Below are positions 18,001 through 33,400 of a DNA stretch of 50,003 nucleotides, piece after piece. The stretch's first letter is position 1, and every line of letters starts with the position of its first letter. Under the pieces are notes generated by a model. It saw only the letters and a list, made by a program, of their open reading frames with translations. It made no database searches and was not told the DNA's origin. The DNA comes from a virus (lineage: Duplodnaviria; Caudoviricetes). The position numbers and the translations under genes were made by a program. The stretch spans positions 1 to 50,003 of IMG/VR virus record IMGVR_UViG_3300005805_000127; one strand, 5' to 3'.

Positions 18001-18467
18001 CAGATAAACCTACTATCAATGAACTGAATCAAGAGTATGGACAAGTTAACGATTTCAAAATGTTGAGCGATTCAGTTATATTAAATAGTGTAGTGTTCAA
18101 GCCTTTATTTGGTGCTAAAGCAAATACAGCACTAAGAGGAACTGTCAAAGTTGTAAAGGCAAGTAACACTAACGCAAGTGATAGTGAAGTTAGAAGTGCT
18201 GTGCTTACTGCAATGAATAAGTATTTTAATATTAACAATTGGAATTTTGGCGACACATTTTTCTTCAGCGAATTAAGTGCTTTCTTACACTCTGAGTGTG
18301 GTGAGTTAATTAGTTCAGCCGTACTTGTTCCTAACGATCCAACAGAGAAGTTTGGAACATTATATGAAATTAAATGCATGCCATATGAGATTTTTGTAAA
18401 TGCTGCCACAGCAGAAGATGTATTAGTTGTGCCCGCACTTACACCGGCTGAATTACAAATAAGATAA
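15096..18467 (+). CDS. Baseplate wedge subunit (T4 gp6-like)
   Basis: 'YDYETLRKSFIDYL', 'DLNARENFIDTAERRDSVIKLA', 'FGDGVF', 'IKQRAP..YYTQNRMVNGEDY'. Confidence 0.9.
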   Translation: MATSSRQSGLFGVNDWKAIYQTFREADFRSYDYETLRKSFIDYLRLYYPETFNDYIESSEFIALLDVMAFMGQGLAFRNDLNARENFIDTAERRDSVIKLADLVSYTPKRNLAGQGYLKVTSIQTSQNITDINGVNLSNIPILWNDPANPNWLEQFNTIINATLINTQRVGKPGNVADLLGVTTSEYTIQIPQGTLPIVPFNSSVDGQNMNFELVSVTSVDEDYIYEIPPAPSQRFNILYRNDKLGYGSPETGWFFYFKQGSLQAADFKLEQQIANQTVDIDIQGINNTDTWLYQLNENNGDRLLWRKVDNVYADAYLQTETSFKKIFSVNSRFNDQVTYVFGDGVFSEIPVGQFRAYVRAGNALTYTIDPSEMQGISVTFTYINRNGKTENLTVGLELPLAVSNAQQREPIQEIKQRAPTRYYTQNRMVNGEDYNNFPYTLYSSIIKSKAINRSSIGVSKNLDLLDPTGKYSSTNVFGDDGALYQNNTDSYLTLFITNVNDIRAFLTSSLANALTSNKAAQYYIQNYPRYNVNTASGDGVVYWQTSTVDANSESGYFYNVSGSQNVPIPLGIYSNKNAKYVTTGALCKFTAPTGYYFDVNNRLVPGIPGPTDRTYIWSTVLNVVGDGYNNGDGAFPNGTGPVTLNGYVPTGAILTQIIPVFDNSLSQEVIDECVVRMELAQDFTLVFNNSLPINQERWTINPYTETNYFVKFTSVGANRYTVSYRSLTYYFGSVSDTRFTLSPNELVYDPFSGKILQDFVSVLSTNNQPNSSYPFGRDIKVNILGQTVESDGYINDFQVEVAATDVNNRTLILNPDFFNEVTGYTNGGANIGVYVFFEIIEDAINLTREQIVPSSDVVYIYANKTQIEVVKYDYPEGQLFYAYSDNVFYKSLQDNTINTPYYVLTPQPQYSVKPGRQGLSFQYRHNSNNTTRIDPTTTNIIDLYVVTQSYYTAYQNWIQDTTNTVVEPDKPTINELNQEYGQVNDFKMLSDSVILNSVVFKPLFGAKANTALRGTVKVVKASNTNASDSEVRSAVLTAMNKYFNINNWNFGDTFFFSELSAFLHSECGELISSAVLVPNDPTEKFGTLYEIKCMPYEIFVNAATAEDVLVVPALTPAELQIR

Positions 18468-18472
18468 AAGAA

Positions 18473-21400
18473 ATGGCTACAACAAGAATTAGAACACTTA
18501 ATTTCTTACCGGAAATATTCCAAACCCCAACTAACAGTCAGTTTTTGGGAGCAACGCTTGACCAACTGGTAAATCCACCAATTACAAAAAGAATTGAGGG
18601 ATATGTTGGTAGTAAATTAGGCTATGGTGTAAACGCCAAAGACTATTATGTAACAGAGCCTACTAAGGTAAGAACGGATTATCAATTAGATCCGGGCATT
18701 GTGTTCACTAAGAAAAATGAATCTACAGCACAAGATTTTATTACATATCCTGGCATCTTAGATTCATTAAGATTAGAAGGTGGTGTAACCAATAATAATG
18801 ATCGCATGTTTGAGAGTCAATTCTATTCATGGGATTCATTTACAAACTTAGATAAGATTATTAACTTTAATCAGTACTATTGGTTACCAGACGGCCCTCC
18901 CGCCGTTCAAGTTGCAGCCGCAACAGTATTTGCAACAAACGATTATATCGTTACAGACTTAGCAAATGGATATAACATCAGAACATTAGGTACTGGTGCA
19001 GGATCAATCAACCCCACATTAATATTATTACGTGGTGGTACATATAACTTCTATGTAAATCAGAGTTCACAGTTTTGGATTCAAACAGCACCAGGTACTA
19101 GTGGGTACAATCCAACACAACCTAACGTTTATACTAGAGATGTGTTTGGTGTATCTAACAACGGTGCAGAACAGGGCATAGTAACATTTACAGTGCCTGC
19201 AAAAGATGCACAAGATCAATATAATTTCCCAGGTAACAATCTAGTTGATGTTGTAAGTACATTACCATTCGCACAGATTAACGGACAACTATTATCAGCA
19301 GTTGGCAGCATTGATGGAGTAACGGCACTTAACGGATTAACCGTTATGTTCTATGACACAGGTGTGCCTAATGAGACTGGATATACATCACAGTATTTTG
19401 GTGAGGGAGAGTATGATACCAATATCGGTTTAGTAACTCCATTAACAATTACTATTTCTGCTACCGATGTATCAGGTGCAATTACATGTAATTCTACTGC
19501 AAACTTAGTAGCAGGACAAACAATAACATTTGATGGAACTCCATTTGGTGGATTAGATTCTTATGCTATATCTGGTACAATTTATTATGTTGATAGCATA
19601 CTAAGTTCAACTCAGTTTACAGTTACATCATATCAAGCAGGAAGTCCTGACCCACAACCAGTTACATTGTCAACAGCATTTGGTACAATGACAGGTAACA
19701 TCAATCAAGGTTTGTTAGAAGAAGGATACACTTCAATAGTAAGTCAAAACTTCTATCAAATTAGTTACATTGGAGAGCCTAGTGATCCTGTATTAAGATT
19801 AACTCCAGTTAGCATTATTCCAACTGACCAACGAATTACTCCAGTATACGGTTCATCTTGGATCAACAGAGGATTTTATAGAAACACAGCAGGTGTTATA
19901 TCATTGATTCCTGCTATCACAGCACCGTTGGATACATTATATTATCAAGACGGTACAAGCCCAACTAAAGTGGGCATGATTAAAATTATTGAAAGCAATA
20001 TCACTAATACATTAAATGTTGAAACTGATATTTTAGGTAAAAAGAATTTCACATCTACAAATGGTATTGCATTCACCAATGGATTAAAAGTTGAATTTGA
20101 CGGAGACGTAATACCTTCTAGTTATTTGCAAGGACAATATTATGTTGAAGGTGTAGGTACTGCAATTGAGTTAGTGCCTGTAAATTCATTAGTATGCCCT
20201 GAAGATTTTACAGAAGGTGACTACATCCCATATGATACTGCGCCATTCGATATAGGAAACTATGACAGTAACTTGTATGTTCCTGTATTGCAAGATTATA
20301 TCACAATAGCAAGAAATGCTATTAACAAAAATGCATGGTCACGCAGTAATCGTTGGTTCCATATTGATGTTATCAACTCTACAGCAGAGTACAACAATAA
20401 CCCTGACATTGTAAACGTATATGCTACTGCTGAAGCAAAAGCAAAGCGTCCTATTATAGAATTTTATCCTAACTTAAAACTATTTGAGTCTGGTATAGTA
20501 GGTAAGAGTGCAGTTGACTTTATTGATTTTAAAGCAACAGACGCACTTTCACAAGTATCAGGACAAACAGGATATTACCCAGATGTTGAAACATATACTG
20601 ATTTTACAGGCACATTAAACGGTGTAGTAAGTGGAACATCTACTACAGCAACAATTGCAACATCAGATATTGTTGGAACATTCCAAATAGGTCAGTATGT
20701 TACAGATTTACGTTTTAGCACAATAACTACCACTTACCCAAGTTTGTTGCCCTCAGACGCACAAATTACAGATATAGTCGAAGCATCAGGTACAACAACA
20801 TTGACAATTGGTTGGGGTGATACACTAACATTCTCAACTGTTAACAACGTGCAGTTTGTTGGGGACGACCAGCAGAATGACAACTATAAAGTGTTTGATG
20901 GTGCAAGAATTGTATTTGCCGCAGATACTAACGTAAATGTTAAGAATAAAATTTATATTGTTAATTTCTCAACAGTATCATCAAGTTTATTACCAGTCAT
21001 TACATTGACTGAAGCACCAAACGGAGATGTTTTACCACAAGATCAAACAGTTGTTCTTAGAGGTTTTAACTATCAAGGTGATACTTATTTCTATAACGGC
21101 ATTGAATGGATTAAAGCACAACAAAAGACTGATGTAAATCAGCCTCCATTATTCGATGTAGTAGATAGTAACAATATAAGTTTTGGTGACAAGACTGTGT
21201 ATAGAGGCACAACGTTTATTGGATCAAAACTATTTGCTTATGGTATTGGATCTGGTTTAGACGATACAATATTAGGTTTCCCAATACGTTATAGTTCTAT
21301 AGATAACGTAGGTGATATTTCATTTGACGTATCATTGAACGTTGATACATTTGACTATGTAAGTGGTACTGATCCTAAAACACAAAAAGTTAACACAGGT

Positions 21401-24400
21401 TACGTATTAAACTACAGCGACCGTGAAGTGTATGAACGTGAGTTGGGTTGGCAAACTGCTATTGGACCTAGCGTACAATATCAAGTTTTCAGTTTTGATT
21501 ATTTTGTAGAAAATCCACCAGCAGATTATGTTTGCGATATAGCCAAATTAGATGATGCTGATAGCGCATGGCCAACCATACAAGTTTATATCAATAACGT
21601 ATTGCAAACTTCAGATGCATATGCTGTTTCTGTTGGTGCTAATAGCACAACAGTTACATTGAACAATATTCTTAATGAAGATACTGTAGTTCAAATATTG
21701 TTGTTAAGTGATCAGGTAAGTCTAAAATCTTACTATACAGTACCAATTAACCTAAACAACAATCCATTAAACGAAGATTTAACCACTGCTAATATTGGTG
21801 ATATCCGCGCACACTATCAAACAATATATGCAAACAATCCTAACTTCCAAGGACCAATGTTTGGTTCTAACAACTATAGAGATTTGGGAGACTTAGTACC
21901 TTACGGCACAAAGATTATTCAGAACAGTGCGGCATTGGTATTGCCAGGTGCATTCTTACGTAAGCAAAATCATAATCTATTTGATTCGTTGTTATTCAAC
22001 AGCAGAGAATATATTAAATTTAAAACACTATTGGTAGATACTGTAAACAGTACAGATTATTCACAGAGATTCTCACCTTCATATATCTTAGATGATGCAT
22101 TGGATCAACTGTCTGCTGCCAAAAGTGAAAGTCAGGCCTTCTTTTGGTCTGATATGTTACCAAGCAAAGCACCGTACATAACCAATACGTATACGTTCAA
22201 TAATGATTTGGATACCAGTGTGTATCCATTGAGCAGAATCTATGATTTCTCAACTGCTAATTATTATGGTGTACTAGTATACTTGTCTAGAGTTATAGAA
22301 GGCACAGTTGTTGAGCGCCAGTTAATAAAAGGTGAAGAGTACACAGTCAGCGATGATAGTAAATCATTGACAGTTGTTATACCATTACAACCAGCAGATC
22401 AAATTATTGTAAAAGAATACAATCAGACATATGGATCATATATTCCTAACACACCAACTAAGTTGGGATTGTATCCTGCATTTATCCCTGCTGTAGTATT
22501 AGACAGCGACTATACACAACCAACATATTTTATTAAAGGTCATGATGGATCATACACTAAGTTGTATGGTGACTACAATCCTACATTAGGAGTGTTAATA
22601 GACTACAGAGACCAAGCATTGCTTGAGTTTGAAACAAGAATTTATAACAACTTGAAATTGAGTAACCCAATACCAATTCAAGCATATGAAGTTACACCTG
22701 GTTTCTTCAGAGACAGTGATTATTCATATGACGAATATCTTGAAATTTATGAAAAGAATTTCTTAAACTGGGTAGGACAAAACAGATTAAATTACAAGAG
22801 ACAGTATTACGATAAGAATAATCCGTTTACCTTTAACTATACTAACTCAGGTAATAAGTTAAACAATGAACCTATACAACAGGGATATTGGAGAGGTATA
22901 TACGAATATTACTTTGGAACAAGTACCCCAAATGAAACACCTTGGGAATTATTAGGTTTTGTAAATCAACCAAGTTGGTGGACAGATCGTTATGGTCCTG
23001 CTCCATACACAAGTGATAACTTAATACTATGGGGTGACTTAGAGCAAGGTATTAACTGGAATAACGGTAATCCTTATGTTATCCCAGAAGAAGTTAGACC
23101 TAACTTATTAAAAGTATTACCCGTAGACAGCAATGGAAATTTATTGTCACCATTAGATGCAATTGTTGGGAACTACAATTCTCAAACCTTCCAACAAGAG
23201 TGGGTAATAGGAGATGATGCTCCTGTAGAGTTAAGTTATCGTAGAAGTAGTACATGGCCATTTGATTTGATGAGAATAATGGCATTGACTAAACCTGCTA
23301 AATTCTTTAATTTGGGCGTAGACTTAGACAATTATAAGTACAGCACAGAGTTTAATCAATATCTTGTTAATGATAGAAGTCATTTAATTATTAGCAATAT
23401 TGAAATATATGGTACTGGTATACCAAAGACTTCATACATCAACTGGATCGTTGACTATGAAAAACAATTAGGTATTACTGCTACACAAAATATCAAAGAC
23501 TTGTTATTCAATATCGATGTAAGATTGATTTATAGACTAGCAGGCTTTAGTGATAAGACATTGCTTAAATTCTATGTTGAAAAGGGTACACCTAACAGTA
23601 GAAACTCTTCACTATTGATACCGGACGAGAGTTATCAAGTATTGTTATATGATAATCAACCGTTTGATAAAAACGTTTATAGTTCTATAATTATACAGAT
23701 TGATCCTGCAGGCTTTACGGTTTATGGAAACTCACAGTCAATGGCTTACTTTAGAACATTGACTCCTGCCAATAATGGTAACTATGATTACATTAAGGTA
23801 GATAATTCTAATGTTAAGATAACAAAAGATTATTCTCCTAAAGAAATTCTTGTCCCATATGGCACAACATTCTATAATGTACAAGACCTTTCACAGTTTA
23901 TCGCTAATTATGGCGCATGGTTAAACAGTAAAGGATTTATATTTGATCAAGTAGAGTTTGGTTTAGAAATCAATTGGGGTCAAATGATTGCAGAATTCCT
24001 ATACTGGGCACAGACTGGTTGGGGAGAAGGTGCAATATTGACGTTGAATCCAGGTGCTACAATACTGAAAGTAGATCAACCAAACAGTATCGTTCAACCA
24101 TTAACAGTTCAGCAAACTAACTTTGTACTGAATCAAAACTTATATCCAATACAGGCTGTAGATATGTCTGTATTCCGTGACGGTACATTGTTTACAGTTA
24201 AGCCGCTAAGTCAGGGTGATACAATTGCTTATGGTCAATTTAACATGAGCAACTTTGAACACGGTATAGTGTTTGATAACGTTACATTGTTCAATGATAT
24301 CATTTACAATCTTGTAACCGGATTGCGTCAAACACGTATCACAGTTCGTGGTACTAAGACCGCTGAATGGAACGGTACTGTTACTGCTAGTGGATTTATT

Positions 24401-27400
24401 CTCAACCAAGACAACATACAAGAATGGTCAAGAGAAATCAAGTACACTAAAGGTTCAATCGTATTGTACAAAAACAAATATTGGACAGCGTTGAGAATAG
24501 TTCAGCCTGCTAATGTGTTTAATGAAAACGATTGGAAAGAAACTGAGTACAACGAAATTCAAAAGGGCTTGCTACCAAACAGCAGTACACGCAGTTACGA
24601 AAGTACATTGTACTACGATGTGAACAGAGCCAATCTTGAACAAGACGCAGATTTATTAAGTTTCAGTTTGATTGGATATCGTCCACGTGACTATCTTGCA
24701 TTAGCAGACCTTACTGACATTACACAGATTAATGTCTATAAGAACATGATTAAGAACAAAGGTACACGTAATGCAGTTGAAGCATTCCGTGGCGCTAATT
24801 TGCCACAGGGCGGTATCGATTATGAAGTGTATGAAAACTGGGCAATCAAGTCAGGACAGTTTGGTAGCATAACAAATAATAACTTTATAGAATTCAAAGT
24901 TAACCAAGAATATATGACTGCTAACCCATCGTTAGTAAGTCTAATCAACGGTCCTTCAGTTGCTCTAGTACAGCAAGAAGTACCAGTATACAATTTATAT
25001 AACTATAGCACACCTGTACAAGACCCAAATATACTAGCAACTATTCCTAAGAATGCTCCTGCTAGAATTTATCCTGACGCAGGCTATGTGAACTTCAATG
25101 ACGTAAAGATGAGTTCATATTTCTATTCAGGATTGGCTAACGCAGTTAATAAGAACGGACAAGTTGTACCTATACAAGATTTCTATGTTAGAAATTATGT
25201 TTGGCTTGCAGACTATCTTGCAAAATGGCAAGTGTTTACCCCTGTACAGAACGGTAGAGTAGTTAGTGTTAGAGCAAATCCAAATGGTACTTCAACTGTA
25301 ACATTTGCAGAACCACATAATTTATCTAAGTTAGACCCATTTGCAATTATAAACTTTAATTCAAATGTTGATGGATATTATTTTGTAACAGAAGTAGTCA
25401 ATATATTTGAAGTATTGATTAATTTATCATTCCTTACTAATGAAGGTCAAATCAACGGTGAGGGTATCGTAGTAAGATTCCAATCACAAAGAGTTGATAA
25501 ACCAAGCGATATCAACAACTTACCATTACTAGACAGTGAGTTCATCAAGAACACTGTTTGGGTAGATGAAAATACTGATGGCAACTGGGCAGTATATCGT
25601 AAGAGCATTAATTATCAATTTGATAGAGAAGTAACAAAAGATAGTTCAAGTTCTTTTGGTAGCGCAGTAGCATATACTCCTAGAATAGGATACTTGTTTG
25701 CAGATGCGGGATTAGGCAAAGTCTATCGCTATGTGTTAAATGATTTAACTAAAGAATATGACAATATTCAAACATTAACACAGGGAACAAGTTTTGGTTC
25801 ACAAGTAATCATAGTTGATAATACAATATTCGTATCAGAACCAACTAGCGGAACACCTAAGATTTACGTCTATTATGTAAACAATAGCATATTGTCAGAC
25901 GATATCATTCCATATCAGAGTGCAATAACTGCACCCGGTGGGGTCACAAATTGGGGTAGTGCATTATCAGCATCACCTGATGGCAACTGGCTATATGTAT
26001 CAGATACAGACAACAACAAAGTTTATGTCTATAGACGCCAAAATTTTGAAGTAGACGCAGGATATTTAATTGCTGGAAAAACTTATGCAATTACTAATGT
26101 AGGAGACACAGACTTTGCTACAATTAGTACAACTCCAACAACTACATTAAATCAAATTGGTGAAGTGTTTATTGCTACTGGAGCGGGCACAGCAGGCGAA
26201 ACTGGTAGAGCAAGACAAATAAATTATGAACTAGTTAATATAATTGATGGTTCAGTATTAGGCTTGTCAGCAGGTGACAACTTTGGTCATTCAATATCTA
26301 CTGACTACAACGGCGACACAGTTTTAATTAGTGCTCCATATGTTGACTACAGCGGTTCAATATTGAATTGGGGTAAAGCATATGCTTATCATAGAAGCAC
26401 ACAAACATTTGAAGCACAATTAAACACAACAGGGCTTCAACTGTTTACATTAGCATGGACTGGTACAACGCTCAATTCTGCTACCACTCAGATTTACGCA
26501 TCAAATCAAATTGGTGTAAACGTAGACTTTACAGGATATGAAAATTATCCTATAGTGTTTGCTGGATCTAATTTTGGTACTACAGGATTACAGGCTAACA
26601 AAGTTTATTACATTGATACTGTAGTAAGTTCAACAAGAATTACAGTTAAAGAATCACGTTCAAGTGCTTCAGCAGTAACATTGGTTGCTGAAGCAGGGTT
26701 AACTATTAATGGATATCTACAGTTAGAACCATTATATGTAACAGTTAACGGAACATTAATCGCAGACAATAACTATAGTGTTATTGGGTCAACTCTCAAC
26801 TACACAGCACCGTTATTAGCAGGTGACATTGTTAATGTCAGTGGTGATAAGTTCACATTGATTCAATCATTTACAACTAACAGAGACCCAAGAGTTGGTG
26901 TTCAATATGGATTTAGTGTTGCAACTAACAATCCAGGAACTGATTTATTAGTTGGCGCGCCATTCGACTTATCAGACATTAATGAAGAGGGTGGCGTATA
27001 TCGTTATACTAACGGTGGTAGCAAGTATGGCGTTGTAATAGGTGTTGATGAAGTAAACGTCACAGCAAATAGAGTATTGTTAATTAATGGATATAGCGTA
27101 ACTATTCCTCCTGGCAATGCTACTGTAGCCGCAAATGCTATTGTATCAGAAAAGATTACAAACATAACAGCGGCTGCTACAGATGATAACAAGTTAATTA
27201 TACAGATTATCAATACTGATTTGACACAACCAAATGAAAAGTTATTGATTACTGCAATTGACACCAATACATTAACTGAGTTGGGCTTACAAGTTTATAC
27301 TGAAACACAAGTTATCAGATGCCCACACAAATCAGGTCCTACACAGTTTGGCTACAATATTAAATTCAATGAATTGAATTCTATCGTAGTCAGCGCACCA

Positions 27401-30400
27401 GTTGCAACTAGATTTGCAGGAACAAGGTTTGACTTCAGTGACGATGAAACTGTAGAAAACGATACTATATTTGACAACAATGCAACACAGTTTGTAGATA
27501 AGAGTCCAAACTGCGGTGCTGTTTACATGTATGATTATTTGGCTAACTTCAATGAAAATCTCAATGATCCTGGTCAATACATATATGCTCAGAGTGTCAA
27601 TAACTATAACTTAGATTATGGATTCAGTCCATTGTATGGACAAGCATTGTCATTCTCTAACAACAGAGTATTAGTAGGTTCACCAAACTTCTTACCTGAA
27701 GTTTATGATGGACAGATTGTTATCTATATTAATCCAACTGGAGAAGCAGATTGGTCAGTATATAGAGAGTCTGCACCTGTTGTAGATATCAATAAAATTA
27801 AAAACATACAGTTGTTTAGTGCTGAAACTAATAACACACTAGTCAATTTGGATTATATTGATCCATTGCAAGGCAAAATATTGGGTGCATGCAGAGAGAA
27901 TATTGATGTAGTATCTAATAATGATCCCGCAAGATATAACAGCACTGATGCTGATCAACCCGGCGTAGTATGGGGAGCAAGTCAAGTAGGTCAATTATGG
28001 TTCAATACTACTAACGTTCGTTTTGTAAACTATCACCAAAACAATGACGCAAATTACAATGCAAAATATTGGGGAACTGTTTTCCCAGGCAGTGATGTTG
28101 CTGTGTATAGTTGGATAACAAGCAATGTTCCACCAAATCAGTATATAGGACCAGGCACACCGTACGATATTACGTTGTATTCTACACAAAATATATTGAA
28201 TGCGTCTAACAACGTTACACCTGTATATTTCTTCTGGGTAAGAAATAGCAATATTATATTCAGAAAAGAAGGTAAAACATTATCTGATACTATCATAGAA
28301 ACTTACATCACAAATCCAAAGAATTCAGGTATCAGTTTCTTTGCACCATTACTACAAAATGTATACGCAATATACAATTCTGGTTCATACTATAATGCAA
28401 ATGATTCAGTATTACATATCGGTTACTCAAATGGTAGAGGGGATGATAGTGGACACGATGAATATACTCTTATCAGAGCAAATTATGCCGATGACTTCTT
28501 GCCAGGTTTACCAAACGAATTATTAACACATGGCTTTGATGCAAACATACACGGCAATACTCCTGCAGGCAACAATAGACCTGAATCATTATACGATAGA
28601 TTATTAGATAGTTTAGCAGGTGTCGATGAAGGCGGTGAAGTTGTTCCCAACCCATGGTTACCAAAAGCAGTACAAAGTGGTGTGCTTGCACGACCAAGAC
28701 AAAGTTTCTTCTTTGATAGATTTGAAGCATTAAAGAATTACTTGACATACGCTAACGAAGTATTAGCGCAGTATCCAATATCAGAAATTAGAAGAAATGC
28801 AAGTTTCTTGTTTGCTGAAGGAGAATTCTTTAATACTACAGATTACTGGGAATATGTAAATTGGTGGGCAACAGGATACGATAATAATACTAAATCTGCA
28901 ATACAAGTTGCAATCTATGCTGATTTGGCTACATTAACTGTCCCGGTTAATACAATCGTTACTGTTAATACTAACGGCGATGGCAAATTTGAAGTATATC
29001 GTTACGACGGTGACGGTGTATGGACACGTATTGGTTTGCAACAAGGTACAATCCAATTCAAATTGTATCTATGGGATTACGCAGCCGGCAAGACTGGCTT
29101 CGGTGATAACTTCTTTGATACAAGTTCATATGATGAGTTCCCAAGTGAGGAAACACGCTACATTGTACGTGCATTGAACGAACAGATTTATACAGATGAG
29201 TTATTAATCTACAGAAACAAGTCACTAGTATTGTTATTTGAATACATTCAAAGTGAGACTGACGAATCACAAAACTATCTACCATGGTTGAACAAAACCT
29301 CATTGGTTGATGTATCACATAAGATTCGTGAACTACGTCCCATCGAAGTATTCCAAAGTGATAATCAAGATTTCTTAGCCGGCTATATTAATGAAGTTAA
29401 GCCGTATCACGTTGTGGTTAAAGAATTCGTTTTCAAGTACACAGGAGAAGAAGTATTTGATGGTAACATCACTGACTTTGATTTACCTGCTACATATAAC
29501 ACAGCATTACAGCAATATATTACTCCTGAGTTAGTACAGTCTAATGTTTCATCAGACAGTCAGTACTTACCGACCAACCCAATATGGCAAACACAGCCAT
29601 ACAATCAATGGTTCCAAAACAGGGGCGTATCAATTGGTGGACAAACAGAGTTTGAAATTACTGTACTAGCATCGTATCTGACATTAAGAACATCATTTAT
29701 TCTTGTTGATAATGCTCAAGGATTCCCAATCAATGGTCTTATTAGAATTGGTCAAGAATTACTAAGTTACTCATACGTTGATAGAGCAACCAATATAATC
29801 AGCGGAATTATAAGAGGTGTAAACAATACTCCTATATCTGATCATATCCCAGGCGAAAAGATATTCATTGATTTGCCTCCTATCGTAGTATTGAATGGGG
29901 GTAGAGGATATATTGATCCTCCTAGAGTTATTGCTTATGTTGATGAGGCAGTTTACGGCCCACCGTTAAGAGCGGCAGTACTAGAAGCAGTAATGACATT
30001 GGATTCAGTATTACAAGTTAACGTGATAGATCCAGGTCAAGGTTATCCAGTACTACCTGAAATAAGAATTGATCCAGCAGTACAGATTATATTCTCAAGT
30101 GCTGATGTAAATTCATTTACTAATACAATTAGATTGTATGCTCCTAACTTACGTACCGGCGACTTAATACAATACAAGAAGGGCGAGATTGGTAGTGAAA
30201 TAGGTGGTCTAGTAGACAGACAATGGTACTATGTAAACTTGTTAGAAAGCGATCCAACAGCAGTTGTAGGATTGTATCAAAGTTACGGCGATGCTCTGAA
30301 TGATAGAGATAGAATACAGATTTATAACGATGGTAGTGGAAACGACCACGCATTGAATTTAGGTGCTAAAGCCAGTGCTATCACTACAGCAAGTCCGGTT

Positions 30401-33400
30401 CGTGAAAACAATATCAAGTTACGATTTGATAGAACAACATATACTTCACAAGTGCAAGACTGGGAAGCAGGACAATACTACGGTGCTTTCTTTGCAGGAA
30501 GTTATTCTAACAGCGAAAAAGTTTCAAGTTCCGCAGTTAAGTTGTATTCTTCACAACCTCCTATCGAAGAGATACTAGCATCGGCGCAGGGTGTTGCGTT
30601 TGAAATTGTTTCAGTAAACAATGATAGAAATCTATCTTGGTCAAGTTTTGTACGTACAGTTGATAGAACAGTATCTACTAACAATTTAATTAGATTAAAG
30701 CCATACGATGATGGCACGGGCGATCCTAACAGTTCAGGATCAACGATTGGTTTCTATGTTGGAATGCCAATTAAGTTTAGCGGTCAAATACCTAGCCCAT
30801 TGACTATAGATACAATATATTATGTTCATAGCATAGTTAATATCACAGACTTTACTGTATCTGCTACTGAGGGCGGACCTCAATTAACAGGATTCAGCAC
30901 AGTAATTATACCAGCAACGCCCGGTGCATATGCATATTCAGGTCAAGTTGTTGATAAGGCTGTGTTAACTGTGAATTACCCAGGTATACTAACAGCCACT
31001 GCTACTCAAACAGCAACTAATAGAGTTACTATACCATTAACTGAAATAGGTACAGGTGGAACAATTGGATTCTATGTTGGACTTCCATTATTCTTCACTG
31101 ACGGGGTGTTTGGTGGTGTAACACAAAACCAAGTTTACTACGTTACAACAATTGTTGATAACCAAACATTCACAATGTCAGAAACTACTGACCCATTGAT
31201 GTTAAGTGTTACTGCAACTACAGCAGGAACTAATATTATCACAATTGAAGCAAACGAAGATTTGTCTGTCAATGAACCTATAATATTCAATGAGATGCAA
31301 ATTGCGGGAGCGGATGTAACATCATTTGGTAACATCGTATCAGGTACTACTTACTACATCAATGAAATTGTAAGTACTACACAGATTAAGATATCTACAG
31401 CGATTAACGGCACTGTATTTGCATTGACTACTGTAGCGGCAGCAAGTAATACTGGTTGCACATTAACAAGTCAAGTTAATACATTACCATTAACTACTGC
31501 AACAGGCTCAATGACAGTCAACGTTTCATTACCAGTAAGTCCTGGTCAAGTTAACGGTCAACAATTTATATTGTACGAAACATCTGGTCAGTATGCAGAC
31601 ATTCAAGTTGTTGGCGCAGATATCACTAACCTAATTGAAAGAACACTAACTGCTACATTAGAAAATGATAAAGTTGGTATTAAGAATTCAACCGGTGGTG
31701 TAGACAATTTCTATTACAATTTACCAATCAGAGTAGAAACTCCACCCGCAGGATCAGGTTTGTCAGCAGGTACAACATACTATGTTGTAGAATATACAGG
31801 AATGGAAGATCCATTAAACCCTGGAGAATACTTCCCTAACCTAGAAACTGAAGTATACAACACATCTTCAAGTTACAACATTTTGACATGCGATTCTACT
31901 GATAATCTATATGTGGGCATGTCTATAGTCTTTACTGGACAAGCCTTAGGTGGTATTGTCATTAGTGATGAATACTTTGTAAGATATTTTGTTACTGATG
32001 CAGGTGATTTCGTAGTTGGAAAAACATACACAATTGAAGTACCAGGTACTACAAATTTCGTAGCAATCGGTGCAGCCGACAATAACCCAGGAACAACATT
32101 CGTTGCAACTGGAGTTGGAAGTGGAACTGGTACAGCATACGGTGAGTATCCTTCAGTAGGTGGAACTAAATTTAAGATTTCAGATGTTAAGGGCGGAAGC
32201 GTTAAGACTCTTACTACATCGAATGGATTAATGACTGGTACTGGAGATCCATATGTCAAACTATCGTTGAGTTCAAGTGGATCTCCTGAAGATTTGAACT
32301 ATACAAATACTGAATTTAATTTGGTGCAGTTCCCAAGTTCAAGCGAATCTCCACCAATACTCCCAACATTTGATGTAAGTTATATCTTAGGTGGTTACAG
32401 AGTATTAATTAGTAACGGTGGACATGGTTTCGCAATTGACAACCAGTTGGTTATACCAGGAAATCAATTAGGTGGTAGTACACCGACAAATGATTTGACA
32501 ATGATTGTTAATAGTATTGATAGCAATGGTGCAATAACTGATGTAATTTGCTCAGGGACAGTACCAGGTATCAATGCAAGATACTACCTAAAGGTAATAT
32601 CACCAAATCAATTTGAAGTATACTCCGATCCATTAATGCAAGTACCTGTAAGTGGTATCGATTTCCCATTCGTAGGATTTACAACAACTACTGCTACAGC
32701 GGTTACTGCATCAAATGACAGAGTAACAGTTACAAGTTCATCAGATTTTGATGTTAATGATCCTGTAGTGTTCACTGGTACTATGTTCTCATCAGAAATT
32801 AGTGTTGGACAAACATATTATATCTATGATAAGCCAACATCTACCACAGTTAGATTGACAACTGAGCCAGGCGGGTCGATTATTAACTTTACAAGCAATG
32901 CCAGTGGTTCTATGACAATGGCTAAGGCAGGTAGTTTTGCACTGTTACCAGAACCATTCTACTTCAATCAGAGTATTGTTAAGTTTAATAACAGAGTTTA
33001 TATCTGTGTGGTAAGTAACAATGACGATGAATTCATATTTGGTAAGTGGGAGTTATTAGATCCTGCTGACCGCAGATTGAACGCATTGGATAGAACAATT
33101 GGTTACTATCAACCAACTGATAACATGCCGGGTGTAGACTTAACTCAATTGTACACGGGTATTACATATCCAAATGCAACATATTTAGGCAATCCTTTTG
33201 CGCCAGCAGATCAATTCACATTAGACACTGAGTTGCAAGGTCAAGAATTCTATCCAACAGAAGTTGACGTTACATCAGTTATTTGGAACGGCACAAATTA
33301 TTTGGCTGCAGCCAATATACCAACATACTCAGCAGTATTGGGTAGTTCAACAGGTGATACATGGGCAATCGCTAAACTAGCAAACGTTGGCATTGGTGCA

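Noticed and set aside
11439-18467. Bacterial T6SS or extracellular contractile injection system locus
   Set aside because: gp55-, gp46- and gp47-like genes, late promoters and the overall organisation indicate a lytic phage genome.
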